Under the pieces are notes generated by a model. That model saw only the letters and a list, made by a program, of their open reading frames with translations, was not told the origin of the DNA and made no database searches. A DNA stretch of 39,587 bases from a virus (taxonomy: Duplodnaviria > Caudoviricetes), in the IMG/VR virus record IMGVR_UViG_3300033144_004259, positions 1-39,587 of that record; one strand, 5' to 3'. The translations under genes were made by a program, and so were the position numbers. Positions 9,026 through 17,330 of this stretch are shown piece by piece (the first letter of the stretch is position 1; every line of letters starts with the position of its first letter).

Positions 9026-9528
9026 TGTTCCCCCTTAAAGGGATTAGTGAATCTCGGCTCTTCAAACAGATGTTTAGCTATCAGTTTATTGCTGATGTTT
9101 TCTGCAATTTTTCCATTTGTTGCAAGCAATCTCTGGAAGTTCACAAATTTCATATTATCTTTTTGGTTATCTGTGTATGCATCAGGACTTTGTTCAATTG
9201 TTTTCTTAGTCTGTTCTTCAGCCTTTTCTTTACATTCATCATATAATTTATTGATGTAAAGGTCAAGTTTGGTCAATTGAAGTTTAACACATTTCTCTTC
9301 AAATTCGCTTCTTTCTTTGACAAACTCTTCAGCAGATTTAATATTTTCTTCAGCAGTCTTAAGATTTGTTTCAAGCTGAGTTTTCTGTTGCTGCATTTGA
9401 GTTATCTGGTTTCTTGCCTGATCTAAACTGTCAAGTAGCTGTTTAGGACTTAACTTAATCTCTGGAACTTTGACCTCTTGCTTAATTGTTTCTCCATCCC
9501 AATTAAGTTTTACTTCGTTTTTTTTCAT
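9022..9528 (-). CDS. Coiled-coil hypothetical protein
   Basis: 168 aa, heptad-rich, translationally coupled to its neighbours. Confidence 0.75.
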   Translation of the reverse strand: MKKNEVKLNWDGETIKQEVKVPEIKLSPKQLLDSLDQARNQITQMQQQKTQLETNLKTAEENIKSAEEFVKERSEFEEKCVKLQLTKLDLYINKLYDECKEKAEEQTKKTIEQSPDAYTDNQKDNMKFVNFQRLLATNGKIAENISNKLIAKHLFEEPRFTNPFKGEQ

Positions 9529-10034
9529 TGTTCTACCTCTCCCATCTTCATTATTTCTCTTGTGATAGGTTTACCCATCTTGATTATCTCAGTGACTTCA
9601 AGCGCGATCCGATAATCCACTGACATGACTGTTTTTACTTTGCCTCCAGAGACAGTCTCGATTTCTGCCTTGTTCTCGAACTCTTGTTTGTTTCCTTTAT
9701 CATCCATTGCATATACCCCAAAGGTCACCCTTGCTTCATCATTACTGATTTTCCTTGCAACAGGGTTTCTGATATGCATCTTAGGAGGAATTGTTTTCCA
9801 ATGTCCCTGAATCTTCATATGCTTTGCAGAAGATAGTTCAATTATGCTTTTGAGCCGGTTTCTCATCCTTGCAGTAACATCCATCATAAATTCTGCGGAA
9901 GCAATATCATCTATTTTAAGAAATACATCTTCCACCATTTTCTTAAATGTTGTTACTTTTGTTTTTATGTCTTTGTCCTCTAATGCAGTAGGTATCTCAT
10001 TGTCTTGTTTTTTTTGTTCTTTATCTTTTGCCAT
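9525..10034 (-). CDS. Hypothetical protein
   Basis: 169 aa, GAGGT RBS. Confidence 0.75.
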   Translation of the reverse strand: MAKDKEQKKQDNEIPTALEDKDIKTKVTTFKKMVEDVFLKIDDIASAEFMMDVTARMRNRLKSIIELSSAKHMKIQGHWKTIPPKMHIRNPVARKISNDEARVTFGVYAMDDKGNKQEFENKAEIETVSGGKVKTVMSVDYRIALEVTEIIKMGKPITREIMKMGEVEQ

Positions 10035-10036
10035 TG

Positions 10037-10318
10037 TTAGTTTACCTCTTTAGTTTTATTATTTATGCTCCATATTTTAGCACTGATTTGATTAAACACT
10101 TTTTGGAGTGCATCAGGTCCAGCCATCTTTTGAACTTCTGAGAATGTTTCTTTATTCCTTTTAACATAATCTTCTATATTTTGCCAGGATTCGCTTATTA
10201 GTTTATTTTTTAGAATCTTAATCACATCTTTCCAGACTATCTGAAATATCTTTTTGTTTGGGATTCCATCTTTTTCTATCTTAACAAACCATTCTGATAA
10301 TTGTTGTTTCTTATTCAT
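10037..10318 (-). CDS. Hypothetical protein
   Basis: 93 aa, tightly packed in the operon. Confidence 0.7.
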   Translation of the reverse strand: MNKKQQLSEWFVKIEKDGIPNKKIFQIVWKDVIKILKNKLISESWQNIEDYVKRNKETFSEVQKMAGPDALQKVFNQISAKIWSINNKTKEVN

Positions 10319-10321
10319 TTT

Positions 10322-10522
10322 CTACCTTTTCATCCGATATTCGGTTATGAAACCTTTTTCTCCCTGAATAACTTTAACTTCGCACTCAGTCCGCTTTCGT
10401 AATTTCCTAAGGCTGGTTATAGCATTATCTTTTGTGCATCCTGTCAATTCCATCAATTTCTTGTAATCAATCCAATCTGGATAATGTTTTTTTAACACTT
10501 CTGCGGTTTCTATCTGACCCAT
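10322..10522 (-). CDS. Small winged-helix DNA-binding protein
   Basis: Helix-turn-helix pattern (YKKLMELTGCTKDNAITSLRKLRK) followed by a beta-wing. Confidence 0.6.
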   Translation of the reverse strand: MGQIETAEVLKKHYPDWIDYKKLMELTGCTKDNAITSLRKLRKRTECEVKVIQGEKGFITEYRMKR

Positions 10523-10599
10523 GTTTGTTTTTATATACCTCTTCTTTTTTTTTAAATAATTTCTTTCTTTTCTTTGGTTTGTATTCTTTCATTTATCTT

Positions 10600-10714
10600 T
10601 CACCATTAAATTGACTGTCGGCAGAATCATAGGTTTGGTCAAGGTGATACTCATGCAATAATGCCGACAACCAATTAAGGTAAGGAAAAGGGGTGTAACC
10701 AAAACCTTACCCAT
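10600..10714 (-). ncRNA. Candidate structured RNA or 5' leader downstream of terL
   Basis: 15-bp stem 10662-10676 with 10609-10623, fully paired only on the minus strand (two G-U pairs). 7-bp stem 10705-10711 with 10679-10685. BRE-TATA about 25 nt upstream. Confidence 0.55.
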
Positions 10715-10736
10715 TATATAAACATTATATAAAAAG

Positions 10737-10750
10737 TATATAAACCTTTC
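10737..10750 (-). promoter_or_regulatory. Archaeal-type BRE+TATA promoter (GAAAGGTTTATATA)
   Basis: Purine-rich BRE followed by TTTATATA, just after the terL stop. Confidence 0.7.
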
Positions 10751-10766
10751 TATACTCCAGTATATA

Positions 10767-12131
10767 TTACCACTCAATCGAGACTTCCATATTAGATTTT
10801 CCAATCTCGAATATCATCCGAAACATCAAGGAATCTGAAAAGTCGCAACTTCTGCCGATGTTTTCTTTAATCTCATCTTTACCAATTATCTGAAGAGTCT
10901 GCTCGTTTTTTTCCATATTTTTTCTTTTAATCGCTTCCAGTTCTTCAATTATCCAATCTTTTGTTTCAATATCAATATCTGAATAACAGCCTATTTTATT
11001 ACTGTTTATCAATTCAGCAAGTTTGAAATAACATTGGCTTCTTAAATTTTTGTAATTATATCTTCTTGTCTCTTGCATATCTTCACCCATCTCTTCCACT
11101 GGTCTGCTGCCATTTACGAAACCTTTGACTCCCTCAAGGCCATCAACCAAATATCCCCCTACACCGTCTTCATCTATTACCGCATTTGAAAAAGGGATAT
11201 GCCATTGTAGACAAACCTTTTCAATTTTCTGTTTAAGGAACTCTCCAGAACTTTTGTCATACCACCAGATTTTTCTTATATAAAGTCCTTGCCAAAGAAT
11301 CAAGACAGCCTTATCTCTGCCAAACCGTGCTGCATCAACTGAAAGATAGAACTCTGCCTCACTGTCTTCATTAAACTTGTTAGAAAATATATCAATAATT
11401 GAATCATAATCCATCAAAACCGCTGGATCATCATCATATTCAAAATTCCCATGAAGTAATCTTTCTTTGCTATTTTTGTCAAGTTTCTTCAAATTCTCAA
11501 TATAATGCGGGGAAATAAAAGGATTATCATAAACAAGGGCAGGAAGAAATCTTCTAAATTCAGGGAGAGTATTTGATTTCCAAGGTTTATAAAATTCTCT
11601 ATACAAAAAGTTCTTAGCAGGATTACTTGCAATAAATAGTTTAGGCACTATGTCGAACTCATCCAATTTATACCTTATCCTGCTCATCACTATATTTTTA
11701 GCTTTTGCAGTTATCTCACTGGCCTCATCTATAAACGCTGCGCTAAATTCTGTGCTACCTAAAGAATCGAACTCAGGGTCTGTAGGATATAAAAATAAAT
11801 CTTTCAAATAGACTTCGCTGCCATTTGTGAAAGTTATCACAGATGATTGCGCATTATAAAAATAGTCCATATCTTTCTTAAGTCCCCATTCTCGGCATAT
11901 TTCAAAGAAAGTAAGAAGTGTAGACTCTTTAAGGCTTTTAAGTCTTGCACGCCCCATCAATGCCCTATATCCTGGATATCTGAGACAAGAAGAAATTAGC
12001 CAAACACAACCGAGATGAGACTTTCCGCCTCCAGCCCCACCCCCATAGAATAATTCAGTCGTAGTTTTGTCTTGAAGACTGTTCCAGGCTTCCAATTGCT
12101 TATGAGAAGGAGTCCAAGATATTTTAAGCAT
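10767..12131 (-). CDS. terL: Terminase large subunit
   Basis: Walker A GGGAGGGKS, Walker B AFIDEA, ASNP coupling motif, RNase H-like VDAARFGRD and D-x-x-D. Confidence 0.95.
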   Translation of the reverse strand: MLKISWTPSHKQLEAWNSLQDKTTTELFYGGGAGGGKSHLGCVWLISSCLRYPGYRALMGRARLKSLKESTLLTFFEICREWGLKKDMDYFYNAQSSVITFTNGSEVYLKDLFLYPTDPEFDSLGSTEFSAAFIDEASEITAKAKNIVMSRIRYKLDEFDIVPKLFIASNPAKNFLYREFYKPWKSNTLPEFRRFLPALVYDNPFISPHYIENLKKLDKNSKERLLHGNFEYDDDPAVLMDYDSIIDIFSNKFNEDSEAEFYLSVDAARFGRDKAVLILWQGLYIRKIWWYDKSSGEFLKQKIEKVCLQWHIPFSNAVIDEDGVGGYLVDGLEGVKGFVNGSRPVEEMGEDMQETRRYNYKNLRSQCYFKLAELINSNKIGCYSDIDIETKDWIIEELEAIKRKNMEKNEQTLQIIGKDEIKENIGRSCDFSDSLMFRMIFEIGKSNMEVSIEW

Positions 12132-12138
12132 TACTTAA

Positions 12139-12633
12139 TCACCTTTCTTGTTTTTCTATCTTAATCTGTTTTTCTTCTTTATGCTCGATTCCTTTAGGTT
12201 GGATTATATTAAACTCAATCCGTTGTGATCCTGAATGTTCTACTTCTGTTCTTTCAATATAACCTCTATTTTTTCCTCTTGTCTTGAGTCCGAAGATAAC
12301 AGCTTGAGGATTACGTTCTTCCACCAAATCCCTGAAAGCATCTTCAAAATTATCAATCTCTAATTCTCTTAAATCTTCCATCTTTTTGGCAAACTTTTTA
12401 TCAGTCCTTTGCCATTGATAAAATGTCATGCGAGGAATCCCAGTTTGGTTGCAAGTATTAGTTATATGAAAATTGTTTCTGATAAGCGCATTAAGGAACA
12501 TATTCTTATTTGTAGTAGTTCTTTTATCATTATTTGGTAACCTTGCTTTCTTGGTTTTAACCTTTTTCTTCTTAGCTTTAGTCGTTTGTTTGCTCTTGTT
12601 AGTTGTTTTTTTCATTTTCTGATTTCTTTTCAT
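12139..12633 (-). CDS. terS: Terminase small subunit
   Basis: HTH (TCNQTGIPRMTFYQW), AVIFGLKTRGKNRGY, EVEHSG; lies upstream of terL. Confidence 0.85.
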   Translation of the reverse strand: MKRNQKMKKTTNKSKQTTKAKKKKVKTKKARLPNNDKRTTTNKNMFLNALIRNNFHITNTCNQTGIPRMTFYQWQRTDKKFAKKMEDLRELEIDNFEDAFRDLVEERNPQAVIFGLKTRGKNRGYIERTEVEHSGSQRIEFNIIQPKGIEHKEEKQIKIEKQER

Positions 12634-12669
12634 ATATAGATTATCTTATTTTAAGGATATTAACAGAGG

Positions 12670-12858
12670 TCATTTTGGACTTCTTTTCATAACTTCACCG
12701 GTGTTTTTTCCTTGTTTTGTTGATTCAAGTGATTCAAATCCACACATTATGCACTCAATGTCCTTATCTTCTATCTTTCGACCATCTTTATACTTCATAT
12801 TACCGCCATGCTTACTGCATTCTCCAACAATCTTAACATCAATTATTGTTATTCCCAT
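12670..12858 (-). CDS. Small Zn-finger protein (62 aa; likely start ATG 12858)
   Basis: CSKH...CIMC. Start follows the stop of the RHH gene. Confidence 0.6.
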   Translation of the reverse strand: MGITIIDVKIVGECSKHGGNMKYKDGRKIEDKDIECIMCGFESLESTKQGKNTGEVMKRSPK

Positions 12859-12859
12859 T

Positions 12860-13006
12860 TTATAAATAATTGTAATCAAATCTTCCTTCTTTGTGAGCCT
12901 GGATTGCTTGCCTGACAAAAGAAGAACGCTTCATCTTGTTTTTTTTAAGATAACTTATATCTTCTGGTCTTAAGTTTACAGTAGCAATTTTGAATTCATC
13001 TGTCAT
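12860..13006 (-). CDS. Ribbon-helix-helix (CopG/Arc-like) regulator, 48 aa, not in ORF track
   Basis: MTDEFKIATVNLRPEDISYLKKNKMKRSSFVRQAIQAH: alternating beta-strand followed by two helices with an S-x-F-V-R-x-A-I signature. TATA about 25 nt upstream (leaderless). Confidence 0.7.
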   Translation of the reverse strand: MTDEFKIATVNLRPEDISYLKKNKMKRSSFVRQAIQAHKEGRFDYNYL

Positions 13007-13029
13007 ATATATAAGAATTATACACCTTT

Positions 13030-13044
13030 TATATAAATCCTTTT
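13030..13044 (-). promoter_or_regulatory. Archaeal-type BRE+TATA promoter (AAAAGGATTTATATA)
   Basis: About 25 nt upstream of the RHH ATG at 13006. Confidence 0.7.
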
Positions 13045-13987
13045 ATTTTAACCATCCTTTAAGATTCTCTTGCTCAAGTCGTTTGTTGGCAATATCACAA
13101 TACTTTTGGCTCAATTCAAAACCTATGAAATTTCTGTTAAGCTGCTTTGCTGCAACAGCAGTTGTGCCACTTCCCATAAAAGGGTCTAAGATAATATCTC
13201 CTTCATTTGAAGATACTTTTATCATTCTCCTGATTAATTTAATTGGTTTCTGTGTTGGATGTGCTAATCTTTCTTTAAAAGTCCCAGATAATTGGGGGAT
13301 GTTCCATACATCTCCACAATTTTTCCACCCCCTTTTGTTCCTTTTGTCTTTATCATATTTCCACTTAACACCAACAGATTCCAAATTAAAAACAAAATGA
13401 TTATCAAAGTAGATATCATAATTGTTATTCAATTTAAGAACATCTTTTAATTTAATATATTGTTCCACTGTAGGGATGACTAATCCTGTTTCAAAATACA
13501 AATGACCTCCTCTATGATACCATTCTTCACCACAAAATATTCCAATTTCTTTTAAAGATAAATTTAAATCTTTTCTTTTATTTTTAATATAATCCCCAAA
13601 ATCTTTTAATATTCTTGGATTCGGTACTTTAATATGATATAATATTTCTTCATAAAGATTTGAAAAATTAAGATTATTTGGGATTCCTACACCTTTATTC
13701 CATATTATTTTACTTCTAAATCTCACATCAGAATCGTCATCTAAGATATCCCTTAAAATATGTGTGCTATGTTGATTTCCAAAAATCCAAAGTGCTTTAT
13801 TTGGTTTTGTTATGCGTATTATTTCTTTAATCCATCCTCTACAAAAATTCTTGTAATCTTTTATCTTATCCCACTCCGCAATCCCAATATTATAAGGTGG
13901 GTCTGTCACTATTAAATCTACAGAGTTATCTTCCATCTGTTTAAGTCCTTCAAGACAATCCATGCAATGAATCTTATTAATCTCCAC
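13043..13987 (-). CDS. Beta-class N6-adenine/N4-cytosine DNA methyltransferase with an inserted XRE-type HTH
   Basis: DPPY, HPTQKP and DPFMGSGTT motifs in beta order. Internal segment FGDYIKNKRKDLNLSLKEIG...FETGLVIPT. Confidence 0.9.
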   Translation of the reverse strand: MEINKIHCMDCLEGLKQMEDNSVDLIVTDPPYNIGIAEWDKIKDYKNFCRGWIKEIIRITKPNKALWIFGNQHSTHILRDILDDDSDVRFRSKIIWNKGVGIPNNLNFSNLYEEILYHIKVPNPRILKDFGDYIKNKRKDLNLSLKEIGIFCGEEWYHRGGHLYFETGLVIPTVEQYIKLKDVLKLNNNYDIYFDNHFVFNLESVGVKWKYDKDKRNKRGWKNCGDVWNIPQLSGTFKERLAHPTQKPIKLIRRMIKVSSNEGDIILDPFMGSGTTAVAAKQLNRNFIGFELSQKYCDIANKRLEQENLKGWLK

Positions 13988-14105
13988 TTTTAACCTTTTT
14001 CACAGATTCAACAAGCCTTTTAAGATCTAAAAGATTTAATCTATTCCAGTTATATTCAGTATCAAGCAAGTTGTTTAATTCTTGCATAAGTTCTTTTCTT
14101 TCCAT
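13977..14105 (-). CDS. Small hypothetical protein (42 aa, not in ORF track)
   Basis: MERKELMQELNNLLDTEYNWNRLNLLDLKRLVESVKK; overlaps the MTase start. Confidence 0.5.
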   Translation of the reverse strand: MERKELMQELNNLLDTEYNWNRLNLLDLKRLVESVKKVKSGD

Positions 14106-14413
14106 TTTGAGTATAAGCAGGTATCAGGCAAAATGCAAGGGAAAGTATAAACCCTTTGTCGCAACCCAATACCTGCCAAACGAGGCTATGCGACTAAGAC
14201 ATCTGGTCCGCTATCCGCTTTAATTGAAATGCAATTTCTTTCAGACATAATTCAGGATTGTCTACATTCTTTTTTTCCTGGATATATTTAAATGGTGTTG
14301 TTAATTGCATGTTTCTCATCTCCTTTTTTCTTGTTCATCTTCAATTATCTCATCTTCAAAATCATCTAATCTCTTGTTTTTCATGATTTCTTTGTAACTT
14401 ATCTTTTTCATAT

Positions 14414-14662
14414 TTACCAGTCTCCTTTACCTTTTGCGATTTGTTTTTTTATTTCTCTGCAAAATTCTCCTGCTTGTTCTGATTCATGGAAAGAATTGAA
14501 AATCTTTAAACTGAATCCTGCAGTTTTTCCGCTTGTTGTTCTTGTCTTCTTTCCGCAGTATTTGCAGTTTAATATTCTTGCGCTTGTTACTTGGATAGTT
14601 CTGCATTTCGGACATCGAACAATTTTATATTTTCTCATTAGATAGATTTTAGTCATTGTCAT
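14414..14662 (-). CDS. Zn-ribbon protein (archaeal DUF1922-like pattern)
   Basis: CPKC...CKYCGK. Confidence 0.65.
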   Translation of the reverse strand: MTMTKIYLMRKYKIVRCPKCRTIQVTSARILNCKYCGKKTRTTSGKTAGFSLKIFNSFHESEQAGEFCREIKKQIAKGKGDW

Positions 14663-14804
14663 GAAAGCATTTTCTTCTCAATTCATCTATCATCTGCCAT
14701 TGGTCTTTCATGTCTCTATCTTGTTTTTCTTTAATCTCTCTTATTTCTTTTCCTAATTCTTTAATCGCTGTTTGGTTTGCAGCAATCAATTCTTTTTCAC
14801 TCAT
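14649..14804 (-). CDS. Small coiled-coil protein (51 aa, not in ORF track)
   Basis: GGAGGCAAAAATG start, MSEKELIAANQTAIKELGKEIREIKE. Confidence 0.6.
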   Translation of the reverse strand: MSEKELIAANQTAIKELGKEIREIKEKQDRDMKDQWQMIDELRRKCFHDND

Positions 14805-15306
14805 TTTTGCCTCCTATTGGTATTTTCATAAAGCAGAACCATTTAGTTACAGATGTGGCTTTATTGTTACTGGTATTATAAAATAATGGTTGATGTTCAA
14901 TCAATGAAAGCACTTTCTTAAATGATATCTCGCTATCACTCCATTTAAATATCAATGTTCCATAATCTTCCAATACGCGCCAACATTCACTAAATCCTTT
15001 TTTTAAATCACTTTGCCAAGTTTCAGCAACAAGACAACCAAACTTCTTCCTAAAATAACTATTCTTTCCCAAACTTCTTAAATGTGGTGGTTCAAATACA
15101 ACAAGTTTAAAACTTTTATCTGGAAAATCCATCTTTCTAAAATCCATAATATAATCTGGATTAAGTTCTTCTTTACGACCATATCCAAGAAAACCAGATG
15201 GTTCTTTCCTTATGTCAATATAAACTGCATTAGGATGATTCTTATCATACCACATAGCTTTTACACTACAACAAGCATCTAATATGAATTTGTTCTTGTT
15301 TTCCAT
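14797..15306 (-). CDS. Phage SAM-dependent (putative DNA adenine) methyltransferase
   Basis: ILDACCS, IDIR, DFRKMDFPDKSFKLVVFEPPH, ECWRVL, GTLIFKW. Confidence 0.85.
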   Translation of the reverse strand: MENKNKFILDACCSVKAMWYDKNHPNAVYIDIRKEPSGFLGYGRKEELNPDYIMDFRKMDFPDKSFKLVVFEPPHLRSLGKNSYFRKKFGCLVAETWQSDLKKGFSECWRVLEDYGTLIFKWSDSEISFKKVLSLIEHQPLFYNTSNNKATSVTKWFCFMKIPIGGKNE

Positions 15307-15786
15307 TTATCTATTCCCTTTGTTCCCAAACTTCTTAAGTGTGAATGCGTAAAAAAGTGCCAAACAATGACTACAATTTGCGCCATGATAAATAAGTTCT
15401 CCTTTCTTTTCCTTTGAAACGAACCCCTGACAATTACAAATCAGGTTGCCAAATAGGTCTTTATAGATAATATATTCACTGAAGTTGTAATCTGCCTCAT
15501 AGGGAATCTTGTTCAGATAATGACCGAAGAAATCAAAACTGTGAGCTTTATTCAAAGGCAAGCATAAAAAGATATGTTTTGCTCCTTTATACTTTTCTTT
15601 CAATTCTCCAAGCAAATCTATTTTATCTCCAATGTATTTAATGCAGTCGTATTTTACAAATTTAAGCGCTTTAGTTCTTTGGCTTCCGTTTAGTTCTTTT
15701 GAGTGTCTCGACCAGTGAATCACATTATCAACTGTTATTTCTCTTGGGCCTTCATTTATTGCTTCTTGCTCAGTTCTTATAAACAT
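15307..15786 (-). CDS. SWIM Zn-finger protein
   Basis: C-terminal CNCQGF...CSHCLA (CxC-xn-CxH). Confidence 0.7.
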   Translation of the reverse strand: MFIRTEQEAINEGPREITVDNVIHWSRHSKELNGSQRTKALKFVKYDCIKYIGDKIDLLGELKEKYKGAKHIFLCLPLNKAHSFDFFGHYLNKIPYEADYNFSEYIIYKDLFGNLICNCQGFVSKEKKGELIYHGANCSHCLALFYAFTLKKFGNKGNR

Positions 15787-15999
15787 TTATTCCTCCAAAT
15801 CAATATCCTGACATTCGTTCATAATAAAACCATAGTCCACTAATTGTGCATACTTGTTGCAAGTTTTATTATTTCCATCACAAGCATAACAACCTACCTT
15901 GTAATATCCTTGACCTTGGTCTTCTATATCAATATATTTATTAGCTTCTCTTTGGATCCTGGAAATATAAAAGTGGTCGCATTTCTGTTCTAAGTCCAT
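15787..15999 (-). CDS. Small Cys-rich protein, paralog of 33649-33831
   Basis: CDHF...GYYKVGCYACDGNNKTCNKY. Likely start ATG 15999. Confidence 0.7.
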   Translation of the reverse strand: MDLEQKCDHFYISRIQREANKYIDIEDQGQGYYKVGCYACDGNNKTCNKYAQLVDYGFIMNECQDIDLEE

Positions 16000-16000
16000 T

Positions 16001-16150
16001 TTAATTAAACTCCATCCCGCAAGCACATTTCTTTACACTTGCGTTTATTGCTCTCATACAATTAGGACAGTATATTACAGGTGTTGTTGAATTACCCAAA
16101 TATCCAGGGATTGTTATGGTTGGATTTGTATCTGGTGTTGTATTTCCCAT
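16001..16150 (-). CDS. Zn-ribbon microprotein (49 aa, not in ORF track)
   Basis: GGAGGT RBS; YCPNC...KCACGMEF. Confidence 0.65.
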   Translation of the reverse strand: MGNTTPDTNPTITIPGYLGNSTTPVIYCPNCMRAINASVKKCACGMEFN

Positions 16151-16152
16151 TT

Positions 16153-16644
16153 TTACCTCCTGCTTTTCATTATCTGCTTATCCATCTGGTGAAAATAGTC
16201 TCTGTTAATCACAAGATTAGGATTCTTCAGCATATTGATATAAGGATTTAATCCTACTGATTTAATTACACTTTTCTCAATAATCAAATGTAAATCTTCA
16301 TTGTCGTATAAAATCGAGTCAATCAAATAAACCCCCGTTATATCACATTGGAATTGATTGTCTGCTTCAGAGTTATCTTCAACTGTAACAAAATAAGGAT
16401 ACCGTTCATTAGTTTGACATTCAGAAATATACAATTTTACTTCTTCAATGTTTTTATCATTTTCAACAAGTGGAAGTGGAACATATTGAGTATTTAGATC
16501 TAATATCTTTTTTTCTCTCCCTCCCAGTATCATCTTATCCATTTCTTTATTACTTTCATACAATCCCCATTTCCTGCTTTCAAAGACTTCTATAATAGTT
16601 TTGTTATAGATTATATCTTCTAAAACTTTTGTTGCTTGTTTCAT
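16153..16644 (-). CDS. Hypothetical protein
   Basis: 163-aa ORF in the operon. Confidence 0.7.
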   Translation of the reverse strand: MKQATKVLEDIIYNKTIIEVFESRKWGLYESNKEMDKMILGGREKKILDLNTQYVPLPLVENDKNIEEVKLYISECQTNERYPYFVTVEDNSEADNQFQCDITGVYLIDSILYDNEDLHLIIEKSVIKSVGLNPYINMLKNPNLVINRDYFHQMDKQIMKSRR

Positions 16645-16652
16645 TTTTCCTT

Positions 16653-16772
16653 TTATTCCTCATAAACATCAGGATGTAATTTATGATGTAGTGCTGTATG
16701 TCCTTTTCTCTTGCAGATTGTGCAAAACCATGTTTCTTCTGTTTCTACACTTGTGCTTGTTTGGGTTTCCAT
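16653..16772 (-). CDS. Zn-knuckle-like microprotein (39 aa, not in ORF track)
   Basis: WFCTICKRKGHTALHH. Confidence 0.5.
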   Translation of the reverse strand: METQTSTSVETEETWFCTICKRKGHTALHHKLHPDVYEE

Positions 16773-16785
16773 TATTCATCCCTCT

Positions 16786-17031
16786 TTAAACATTATACCA
16801 ACTCTCCCTCTGAGCAAATTGACTAAATAACCAAGAAGAATGGTTCATAAAATCAGATTCGTTTGAATAATCTATCTTTCTTGTGAAATCAATTATTAAA
16901 TAATCTTTGTAATATTCATCTCGGACAGTTGTAATAAAATAGTTCTTTTCTTTAATCCTTTTTGCTGCTTTTGGAAAATCTTCTGCTAATTTCACTAAAG
17001 ACATTTTCACGATAGTTTCAATTTTTGACAT
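16786..17031 (-). CDS. Hypothetical protein
   Basis: 81 aa, GAGG RBS. Confidence 0.65.
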   Translation of the reverse strand: MSKIETIVKMSLVKLAEDFPKAAKRIKEKNYFITTVRDEYYKDYLIIDFTRKIDYSNESDFMNHSSWLFSQFAQRESWYNV

Positions 17032-17032
17032 T

Positions 17033-17164
17033 TTATTCCTCTTTTTGTTTTTCTCCTAATATAAATTCAACATAACTTCCAGTTTTTGCTATATATCCTA
17101 AAGCATCAATATACGCCCTCTCCAATTCATCCCTGGATAAACTTTTAATATATTCTTTGTTCAT
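17033..17164 (-). CDS. Small hypothetical protein (likely start ATG 17164)
   Basis: AGGTGA RBS upstream of MNKEYIKSLSRDELERAY. Confidence 0.55.
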   Translation of the reverse strand: MNKEYIKSLSRDELERAYIDALGYIAKTGSYVEFILGEKQKEE

Positions 17165-17168
17165 ATTC

Positions 17169-17330
17169 TCACCTTTTCTTTTCACATTCTTTACATCTTG
17201 CGTTCTTAGGGGGATTTGATTCTTCATAAAGAGCATACATCCCACCAAGTCCACATAATATTTTACCTTGTTTTTGATAATGGAATTCCCTATCTTGCAT
17301 CATAACCCAAGATTCCTTTTGTAGATTCAT
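17169..17330 (-). CDS. Small Zn-binding protein (53 aa, not in ORF track)
   Basis: GGAGGTGGTGA RBS; H...LCG...RCKEC. Confidence 0.55.
   Translation of the reverse strand: MNLQKESWVMMQDREFHYQKQGKILCGLGGMYALYEESNPPKNARCKECEKKR

Noticed and set aside
12670-12918. 82-aa ORF as given in the track
   Set aside because: Its 5' part overlaps the better-supported RHH gene; the real start is more likely ATG 12858.
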